From positions 107,010-171,009 of the forward strand of contig JANBVK010000001.1 of NCBI GenBank assembly GCA_024239035.1: a stretch of 64,000 nt of DNA. The letters are read 5' to 3'. The notes under the pieces are model-generated. The model was not told where the DNA came from. It worked only from the letters and a program-made list of their open reading frames with translations, and made no database searches. A program made the translations under genes and the position numbers. Below are positions 56,822-64,000 of the stretch, piece by piece (within the stretch, counting starts at the first letter, position 1; each line of letters begins with the position of its first letter). This DNA is from Patescibacteria group bacterium (GTDB taxonomy: Bacteria; Patescibacteriota; Minisyncoccia; UBA6257; GWB1-50-10).

Positions 56822-57535
56822 TCAAGGAAAATCTGTTATAACTAAAACCTTATTAATATTCTCCAGCCGATATAACGTTGTTAGCTCGGCAGCAAGCCAC
56901 GCCTCATTCGAAACAGGTTTTACTTCGCCTATAGTTCCAATTAAAAGATTTAGAGGGAAATCGGGAGAAATATTTAAGACCTCATCTCCTAAATTAATAT
57001 TGGCTCCCAGAGAAATTAGATCTAAAGAAGGAGGTGTTCCCCCTTTCAAAAGAGCTTTTGTATCTTCACTGCCGATAATTACACTACTCCGCCATTCAGG
57101 GTTAAAAACGGTTTCAACAACGCTCTGCGATCTCAAAACATCTTTAACTTTCCCCAGAAGAATATTTTCGTTTATTAAAACCGGCATTCCCGGCTCAATT
57201 CCATCCCGAGCACCAATGTTTATGACTACAAAACGCCGATCATTAAAAGGGTAACGTGAATAAACTTGTCCTACTTGGTAAGAAAAATGCTCTGAAATAA
57301 TTACCCCTTCTTCTAACTTACCAAGTTTTGCCAATAAACCTTGATTCTCAAGCTCCAAATCCCGAAATCTTTGATAATCAAATGCCCCATCCCAAAAACT
57401 TAAATTCAGAGCCCTAAATTCTTGGAGAACCCCATTAACACCGCCGCGATAAAAAAATGCCAAAAATAAAAAAAATAAAGTTAAAAAAAGAACTAAAAAA
57501 AATTGTGGAGATTTCATCCCAACAAAAAACTTCAC
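56822..57535 (-). CDS. mreC: Rod shape-determining protein MreC
   Basis: LELENQGL, INIGARDGIEPGMPV and FPLNLLIG. Confidence 0.88.
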   Translation of the reverse strand: MKFFVGMKSPQFFLVLFLTLFFLFLAFFYRGGVNGVLQEFRALNLSFWDGAFDYQRFRDLELENQGLLAKLGKLEEGVIISEHFSYQVGQVYSRYPFNDRRFVVINIGARDGIEPGMPVLINENILLGKVKDVLRSQSVVETVFNPEWRSSVIIGSEDTKALLKGGTPPSLDLISLGANINLGDEVLNISPDFPLNLLIGTIGEVKPVSNEAWLAAELTTLYRLENINKVLVITDFP

Positions 57536-58554
57536 CCCAACTTCAAATTGGAAAAATTATCTAAAAGATGACTGTATTTATCGAAATTCTCAACAACAAC
57601 ACCTGTCCCCCTCACAACACAGGTTAAGGGATCGTCTACCAATTTAACTTCAACGCCGGTCTCTTTCTGCAACATCTGATCAACACCCCTCAACATACTG
57701 CCTCCTCCGCACATATAAACTCCGTTTTTATGGACGTCACCAACCAACTCAGGAGGAGAAGCTTCAATTAAATCTTTCAACCCCTCGTGAATAAGTCTTA
57801 GGGGACGACCGAGCCATAGACGCACTTGAGTGTCTTTAACAACAATCTCCCGAGGCAAACCACTTACCACGTCTCTCCCTCTTATCTGCACCTCCAAGCG
57901 TTCTGATTGAGGAATTGCCGCGCCGACAGCGATTTTTATGTCTTCGGCCGTTGGCTCACCAATACTTAACTTAAGTTCATCTCTTACTGACCTTATAATT
58001 TCACTATTCAGGAAATCACCGGCAACCTCAAGTCGTTTTGAGACAACTATCCCATTCATGGAAATAATTGCCATATCAGTCGTGCCGGCACCAATGTCAA
58101 CAACTAAATATGCAGTCGGCTGATGAATATCAAGTTGACTGCCTAGGGCAGCAACAAGCGGCTGCTCGACTAAGTGCACCTCATTTGCACCCGACTCCTT
58201 CAATAAATCTTCTACTGACTTCCTCTCAACCTCCGTTAGATTAGTAGGAACACTTACAATCATTCTCGTAGACCAAGACCACGGAATATGACCATCTTTT
58301 AAAAAGTGTTGAGTCATCTCACGAGCCATATCAAAATCGGCAATAACTCCGTGAATTATAGGCCTCGAAACCGTAACGTGAGCCGGCGTCCGACTCCGCA
58401 TTGTTTTTGCGTGATCACCATAAGCAACAATCCTGTTGGTCCGGTTATTAAAAGCTATAACAGAAGGTTCATTAACCACTACTCCGTTCTTGTTCAAATA
58501 AATCTGAGTCGTATCAGTTCCCAAATCAATGCCGATATGTTTTTTTAAAATCAT
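57532..58554 (-). CDS. mreB: Rod shape-determining protein MreB
   Basis: IGIDLGT, EPSV, TEVER, VDIGAGTTD, GRD..SGLP and GGGSML. Confidence 0.95.
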   Translation of the reverse strand: MILKKHIGIDLGTDTTQIYLNKNGVVVNEPSVIAFNNRTNRIVAYGDHAKTMRSRTPAHVTVSRPIIHGVIADFDMAREMTQHFLKDGHIPWSWSTRMIVSVPTNLTEVERKSVEDLLKESGANEVHLVEQPLVAALGSQLDIHQPTAYLVVDIGAGTTDMAIISMNGIVVSKRLEVAGDFLNSEIIRSVRDELKLSIGEPTAEDIKIAVGAAIPQSERLEVQIRGRDVVSGLPREIVVKDTQVRLWLGRPLRLIHEGLKDLIEASPPELVGDVHKNGVYMCGGGSMLRGVDQMLQKETGVEVKLVDDPLTCVVRGTGVVVENFDKYSHLLDNFSNLKLG

Positions 58555-59810
58555 GATAAAGTTTTTATTATTTCTTCTAATTTCATCAACTTGGTCTCTT
58601 TCTCGTTCCTGTGCTTAACCTCTAGTTTTTCCTGAACTATTGTTTTCTCACTCACCACCAATCTCACGGGCAGACCAATTAGATCGGCGTCGTAGAATTT
58701 TTCCCCTGCATGAACCTGGGCCCGATCATCATAAAGCACTTCTATTCCCGCCTTAGCCAGTTTATTATAAGCAATATCTGCTTGCTTTTTCAATGATGAT
58801 GTCATCTCCCCTACTGCCAGAAGGTGAACTTTGAGGGGAGCAACCGACTCCGGCCAAATAATTCCCTGCTCGTCGTGATGAATCTCGGAAACGGTCCCCA
58901 TCACTCGTCCTAAACCAATACCGTACGAACCCATCACTACATATGCTTTCTTGCCGTCTTTGTTTACAAACTGTAAATTAAAGGCTTCGGAATATTTCGT
59001 ACCAAGCGGAAAGATGTTGCCCACTTCAATAGTTTTTATTTTATCTAGAACTCCTTTTTGACATTCGGGGCACTGGTCTCCTCCTTTGTTTTTAGAAATC
59101 TCTTTATTCTCTGCAAAATTACAGAGGCGGCATAAAACAATCTCATCCTCACCCGCAGGAGACTCCACTTGAAATTCGTGCGTATTCGAAAATGTAAAAT
59201 CCCCGCCGGCGGCAGTGGTATAGATTGATTTTAAGCCGCATCGTTTGAAAATTTTTTCATAGGCGCCTTTTACCTCATTATAGTAACGAAACATATCTTC
59301 TAGAGAAACATGGAAACTGTACAAATCTTTCATTATAAACTCCTTTCCCCGCAGAAGCCCCGATCGAGCCCGCGGCTCATTCCTGAACTTTGACTGGATT
59401 TGATACGCCGCAAACGGCAGGTCTTGATAAGAACTTATGTATTTAGAAACGATATCGGTAAGCACCTCCTCATGTGTCCACCCGAGAACAAAACCGGGGG
59501 TTTTTTCTTCCTTACCTTTCACCTCAAATCCTATCCCAACGTCCCATCGCCCGCTCTTATCCCAATATTTCTTCTCAACGAGCGCGGGCATTAACATCTC
59601 TTGCCCGCCTATAGCGTTCATCTCCTCCCGGATAATAGCCGAAATCTTCCTAATTACCTTCCAACCCAAGGGGAGGTATGAATACACGCCGCCCGAATTT
59701 TTATAAACAAAGCCTCCTCTCTCAAGGAGCTTCGCATTAACACTAACTTCATCCTTAGGGTCCTCCTTATATGTTCTAGAAAAAAGCTCCGACTGCCGCA
59801 TAAACCCCAT
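58551..59810 (-). CDS. proS: Proline--tRNA ligase (short, no editing domain)
   Basis: MRQS, YSYLPLG, THEE, KFRNEPRARSGLLR..EF.MKD.YS, EVGNIF.LG and MGSYGIG. Confidence 0.95.
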   Translation of the reverse strand: MGFMRQSELFSRTYKEDPKDEVSVNAKLLERGGFVYKNSGGVYSYLPLGWKVIRKISAIIREEMNAIGGQEMLMPALVEKKYWDKSGRWDVGIGFEVKGKEEKTPGFVLGWTHEEVLTDIVSKYISSYQDLPFAAYQIQSKFRNEPRARSGLLRGKEFIMKDLYSFHVSLEDMFRYYNEVKGAYEKIFKRCGLKSIYTTAAGGDFTFSNTHEFQVESPAGEDEIVLCRLCNFAENKEISKNKGGDQCPECQKGVLDKIKTIEVGNIFPLGTKYSEAFNLQFVNKDGKKAYVVMGSYGIGLGRVMGTVSEIHHDEQGIIWPESVAPLKVHLLAVGEMTSSLKKQADIAYNKLAKAGIEVLYDDRAQVHAGEKFYDADLIGLPVRLVVSEKTIVQEKLEVKHRNEKETKLMKLEEIIKTLS

Positions 59811-59831
59811 TCTATCAGAAGAAATTGACCG

Positions 59832-60800
59832 CTACAACTCTTCTTTTTCCAGACAGCGGGCCATCGGTAGAAATTTTTTCACCAGGAAGAGTGCGTAGCT
59901 TTTCGGTACATACTTGATGGGTACATGATACAAATCAACCCAGACATGACTGTAAATTGCAAAGAGTATAGATTGTTTTAAATAGTGCCGCTCTTTTTTT
60001 GATAGCTTTCTTTTTTTTAAATATCCCTCTAGAAATTTTTTAGTTAACGCTCTATCCAACCGTCCTTTACTCTCACAATTCCACATAATTGTTTTTCCCA
60101 CATCGAACACAAAAGAGTCCACATACGTATTGCCGAAATCAATCACCCCAGTTAATTTCTCTCCAATAAAAAGTTCGTTGTCGAGTTTGATGTCCACGTG
60201 GATTGGGCCCCGAGGAAGCCATTTGGGCAGACGATTATTCAGAACTCCCCGTTTTACCTCTTCAACAACTGCCTTTAGCTGGGGATGAGTTTGTCTTTTC
60301 ACATAACGATACATTAATGCCATTATTTTAGGGTTTAGGTCGTAAAATCTCCGCCTGCCCCGCATTGTCTTTTTGAACTTACTGCCCAACTTATGAAATT
60401 CTCCAACAAATTCACCAAGCTGATACGCCATCTTTGGTGTAATTCTTTTTGGTTGCCGACCGGGCAAAAATCGATACACGCTTACTGCGTATCCTTTGAA
60501 ATTCTCAAGATATTTTCGGCGTTTTGATGGAATATAATGAGGAACCGGTAAACGTTTCAGGTGTGTAAGAAAATTTATCTCGTGCAGGAGAGCGATTCTC
60601 GGCACGATCTTCATATCCGCAACAACGACTTTCTTGCTGGACAAATTGTGCTTTGCAACGATAAATTTCCCCTTCGGGGTTGTAATTGCTACCTTTGGCG
60701 TCTGATACCCCTGCCGGAAATACGTAATGTTCCCTATCTTACCAAGCTCAAATAAGTCTGTAATCTGCTGATATTCCCTTTTAGAAAAAAATTTAAGCAT
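59832..60800 (-). CDS. APH/homoserine-kinase-type-II family phosphotransferase
   Basis: LPRGPIHVDIKLDN and VIDFG. Start MLKFF (60800) lies 2 nt after the upstream stop. Confidence 0.85.
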   Translation of the reverse strand: MLKFFSKREYQQITDLFELGKIGNITYFRQGYQTPKVAITTPKGKFIVAKHNLSSKKVVVADMKIVPRIALLHEINFLTHLKRLPVPHYIPSKRRKYLENFKGYAVSVYRFLPGRQPKRITPKMAYQLGEFVGEFHKLGSKFKKTMRGRRRFYDLNPKIMALMYRYVKRQTHPQLKAVVEEVKRGVLNNRLPKWLPRGPIHVDIKLDNELFIGEKLTGVIDFGNTYVDSFVFDVGKTIMWNCESKGRLDRALTKKFLEGYLKKRKLSKKERHYLKQSILFAIYSHVWVDLYHVPIKYVPKSYALFLVKKFLPMARCLEKEEL

Positions 60801-60802
60801 TT

Positions 60803-62551
60803 CTACACCACCTCCGCCTGATAACACTGCTCGCAATATACAGTCTCCGGTCTATCAGGAGAATACGAAGACTGCATAGACTTTCCACATTTCACGCATT
60901 TTCTCTCATACAACTCCAGCACGATAGAGCCGAACTTTTTTCTTTTCTCTGCCAACCGTACACTGTAATGTTTCTGGGGTAAGGGAAGATTATATCTCCT
61001 GTAAAACTCTAATTCTGCCTTTATATAGCGGGATTTCTTATTATTTTCGCTGTCAAAGACAACTTTATTCAAAATATCGTCTTTCACCTCACGAATATCC
61101 TTAGGAAGATCTTTTGAATCAACGATTTCTCCTTCCACCTCATACAAAGTCTCCTGGATATCTTCTGTCCGATATCCATACCTCCTCGCCGTCTCAACGT
61201 CATCATATCCTTTATAGGAGGTAGCAATAGAAATATTGTAGGGAAACGGTGAAAGTTTGGGTGGGAAAAATTCTCCATATTCACCTTTCTCTAACATTTT
61301 TGCCTTTACTTTATCTACCATCTCCCAATAGTCTTTCTCAGCGTACTGCTTATTGAGAATACAGAACGATTTATTTTTAAGTCCGATGCAACCAAAACAG
61401 TCGTGGCAGTTAATACAGAGATCACAATATTCTATCTCACGGCAATCATCAACATCAATGGAAAATTTAATCCCGTAGTTATTGTCACCTGCCCAAGATT
61501 CATAACTAAACTCCGTACCTACACCGCCAACAATATCGTATGAATCTCTGGTTTTCGTAACTCCAATGGAATATGCCACGTTTTCCCCACCAATAATATA
61601 AAAACAAGCGTAACAATTTTTGGAATCCTTAATATAATCACCAAAACTTGCGACCGCTCGGTCGTTGTGAGTTTCTTTATAAAACGCCTTCTTTTTCAAT
61701 TCGGTGAACTTTCCTTTTAAAGAATTTAAAGATTCTCGGTCGCCAAGATTTAACGCTCGTATCTTCTCCTCATAAGCCTTTTTAGTCAACGGTTCATTAA
61801 AAAAGTGGTACTTTTTGTGACGCAAATTCACACAACCAAAACAGTATTCGCAATCTCGACAATCGAAAAGGAAGTAGGAATAGAGACAATGCTTCGAGTG
61901 CTCCACAAAAAAACAATTGAAGAGATCAGAACTTTCGAAACAATCGTAGCAGGTATCAGAGTTTCTCAGTGCAAAACCATCAAAGCAACTTCGCGAATCA
62001 ATCAAAGAAATACTATACGCACTATCTTCAGATTGGTAAGAATCAAAAATTAAATAGCAGTTTTTCAGTCGAGTCGAGTTATTGGTATAATCACTCCTAA
62101 TGCTTGTACTATCAATGTGGAGATTGGGCCGAGGAACGTTCCGCATAAGCTCTCCAAATTGATCAAAGAATCCCCGGCTATCGGTGTAGGCGCTGGCATA
62201 ATCGTTAGGATCCCATTCCTCGCCAAACCACATCTGATGTTCATAAACTTTGTATGGTGTGGTAGGGGGGTACTGAGAAATAATCGACTTTTTAGAAAAA
62301 GATGATACTACCTTAAAAAGATTGTAAGAATTCGTAAAAGCAATTTTTCTCCGTATACGTTCCTTGGGAGATAACGTTGGCAGAGGCACCCGCATTTTCT
62401 TGTAAAACTCAATATCTTCCGGACGAACGTAAAATTTCTCACCAGAAAATCGGCAAGTCCTCCACTGACCTCCCTTCTCATCTAATTCAAGTTTGGAAAA
62501 GTATTCATCCAGCGCTTTATCAAATTGTGGAGTTTTGCTCACTTGATTCAT
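60803..62551 (-). CDS. Cys-rich Zn-ribbon/solenoid protein, paralog 3 (terminal Zn ligands partly lost)
   Basis: Same core and VYCEQCYQAEVV end. LSPKER and HYSVR replace the CxxCR motifs. Confidence 0.9.
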   Translation of the reverse strand: MNQVSKTPQFDKALDEYFSKLELDEKGGQWRTCRFSGEKFYVRPEDIEFYKKMRVPLPTLSPKERIRRKIAFTNSYNLFKVVSSFSKKSIISQYPPTTPYKVYEHQMWFGEEWDPNDYASAYTDSRGFFDQFGELMRNVPRPNLHIDSTSIRSDYTNNSTRLKNCYLIFDSYQSEDSAYSISLIDSRSCFDGFALRNSDTCYDCFESSDLFNCFFVEHSKHCLYSYFLFDCRDCEYCFGCVNLRHKKYHFFNEPLTKKAYEEKIRALNLGDRESLNSLKGKFTELKKKAFYKETHNDRAVASFGDYIKDSKNCYACFYIIGGENVAYSIGVTKTRDSYDIVGGVGTEFSYESWAGDNNYGIKFSIDVDDCREIEYCDLCINCHDCFGCIGLKNKSFCILNKQYAEKDYWEMVDKVKAKMLEKGEYGEFFPPKLSPFPYNISIATSYKGYDDVETARRYGYRTEDIQETLYEVEGEIVDSKDLPKDIREVKDDILNKVVFDSENNKKSRYIKAELEFYRRYNLPLPQKHYSVRLAEKRKKFGSIVLELYERKCVKCGKSMQSSYSPDRPETVYCEQCYQAEVV

Positions 62552-62558
62552 ACTCTAT

Positions 62559-62582
62559 TTAACAATTCGCGCGAATTGTTAA
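62559..62582. repeat. Perfect 24-bp palindrome
   Basis: TTAACAATTCGCGCGAATTGTTAA. Confidence 0.85.
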
Positions 62583-62583
62583 G

Positions 62584-64000
62584 TCATACTACCTCAGCTT
62601 GATAACACTGTTCGCAATAAACGACTTCTGGTCGGTCAGGGGCATAGGTTGTTTGAATTGACTTACCACATTTCGCACACTTCCGCGCGTAGAGTTTGAA
62701 GGGCCCCCGGCGGCGGAGACGATCAAGATAACGGCAGTTAAAACATTTCAGCGGTACAGGAATGAGCATCTTTCGATAAAACTCCAACTCTGGCTGAATT
62801 AAGCGGTAATTGAAACTACAACCCGTACACTTCAGCACTTCCTTCACAATGCTGTCAGGAATGTCTTTAATATGATCCGGTATATCTTCGGGTTGAATCG
62901 TTTCGTGGCCTTTCGTACGGGGAATATCATCTTCCCATCGAAATCCTTCAGCAACTGCCTGCTCTTTAGATAAAGGATAATTCTCTTGGGCTGGCGTCTC
63001 GTTGTAGGCGAAAAACGCAAGTCTTAGTGGAAAATATGAACCATATAATCCATCCTGTTCCATCTGTCTAACTATCTGATCTCGCATTTTACTGTAGTCT
63101 GATTCACTATACTGTTTATTTAAAATATAGTACTTTCCATTCTTCAACCCATCACATCCGAAACATTCCTCTGATCTACTCATGCCAAAACAGTACCGAA
63201 GTCCTCTGCAAGAATCACACCCCCATGACCCAATTACATTGTACGAGTATCCAACCGCAACGGTTTCCAACAAAAGCTCAGAGTCATACCCATATCCCAT
63301 AACGTCATAGCTATCCCTAGTAGATTTTGTAGCAAACTCAAATTTACAATCCTCTGATTCAGTTACCTCGAAACAGTGTTTACAATTCTTCGAATTGAAA
63401 ATATACTCCCCTTCTGAACCAACAGACTTTAAATTATTATTCTGCCTACGAGGGAACTGAAGCGCATGCTCCTCAAATTTCTCAAGCGCATCTTGAACCT
63501 TTTTATAACTCCCGGCAATCTCGGCAACTCTTTTCTCATATTCTTCTTTAGACAACGCTTCATTAAAAAAGTGATACTGCTTGTTACGCAAATTAACGCA
63601 CCCAAAGCAATCTTGACAGTTACTACAACCAAGTAAAAACCACGAGTTCAAACAGCTCATCACGTTCTGACCGTACCGCACGCCGTGGCTTTTATGCCCG
63701 TTAATGCATTCGTAAGATTGTTCAAGACTAATCGCGAAATAGATATCCAAAGAATCCCGACAATCTTTCACCCCACGCGAATAAGCTACATCTTCGTTAT
63801 AACCGCTATTAAATATTAAATAACAATTCTTGTTATATCCGGCGAAATTTTGGTATTCACTATTAACACTCGTACCTATCGTTGTATAAACGCTTTTCTT
63901 CGGTACCTTCAGCATTAACTCCTGTAATTGATCAAAGAACGCCCTCGAAGGATTATAATCTCGGGCAAAAGACTTTGCATCCCATTTATCTGAGTTATAA
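62584..64000 (-). CDS. Cys-rich Zn-ribbon/solenoid protein, paralog 4 (5'-partial)
   Basis: The frame is open past 63915 to the window end (YNSDKWDAKSFARDYNPSRAFFDQLQEL), homologous to the other paralogs. Same C-terminus. Confidence 0.9.
   Translation of the reverse strand, partial: YNSDKWDAKSFARDYNPSRAFFDQLQELMLKVPKKSVYTTIGTSVNSEYQNFAGYNKNCYLIFNSGYNEDVAYSRGVKDCRDSLDIYFAISLEQSYECINGHKSHGVRYGQNVMSCLNSWFLLGCSNCQDCFGCVNLRNKQYHFFNEALSKEEYEKRVAEIAGSYKKVQDALEKFEEHALQFPRRQNNNLKSVGSEGEYIFNSKNCKHCFEVTESEDCKFEFATKSTRDSYDVMGYGYDSELLLETVAVGYSYNVIGSWGCDSCRGLRYCFGMSRSEECFGCDGLKNGKYYILNKQYSESDYSKMRDQIVRQMEQDGLYGSYFPLRLAFFAYNETPAQENYPLSKEQAVAEGFRWEDDIPRTKGHETIQPEDIPDHIKDIPDSIVKEVLKCTGCSFNYRLIQPELEFYRKMLIPVPLKCFNCRYLDRLRRRGPFKLYARKCAKCGKSIQTTYAPDRPEVVYCEQCYQAEVV

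Noticed and set aside
45254-59810. Short HrcA and editing-domain-less ProRS as pseudogenes
   Set aside because: Both have intact terminal motifs, and the CIRCE site is present. They are consistent with streamlined forms.
1-64000. CRISPR array or cas genes
   Set aside because: No regularly spaced 23-47-bp direct repeats with unique spacers and no Cas-like ORFs were seen.
1-64000. Alternative genetic code (TGA read-through as in Gracilibacteria/SR1)
   Set aside because: Conserved genes are full-length under code 11, and several end at TGA at the expected position.

Overview
A 64 kb chromosomal segment from a reduced-genome bacterium, most consistent with Patescibacteria/CPR (Parcubacteria-like). 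The support is a short HrcA, a ProRS without the editing domain, DUF4012, a type IV pilin-like gene, multicopy Cys-rich proteins and many GC-rich palindromes. TGA is used as a stop, so the code is standard code 11. Housekeeping blocks lie mostly on the minus strand: proS-mreBCD-mrdA-greA-lysS-serS, hrcA-grpE-dnaK-(membrane gene)-dnaJ with a CIRCE operator, rplJL with an L10 leader, mraZ-rsmH-ftsL-ftsI-murF with MraZ boxes, rsmI, lepA and ftsB, plus tRNA-Gly(CCC), tRNA-Glu(CTC) and tRNA-Val(CAC). The most unusual items are: (1) a four-copy ~185-nt rod-like hairpin family with compensatory changes, + strand G-U wobbles and loop-E-like motifs, antisense to housekeeping operons; (2) a separate ~175-nt branched element with a consensus kink-turn at the serS 3' end; (3) four Cys-rich Zn-ribbon/solenoid paralogs plus an orphan N-terminal fragment, arranged as two tandem pairs (one followed by a histidine phosphatase, one by an APH-family kinase) with nucleotide-identical terminal patches; (4) a His-only cupredoxin/surface-protein/two-component cluster; (5) a GC-rich orphan pyrD-purM islet next to tRNA-Val. 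No CRISPR array, transposase, integrase or reverse transcriptase was seen. All calls come from reading motifs by eye; no database searches were run.
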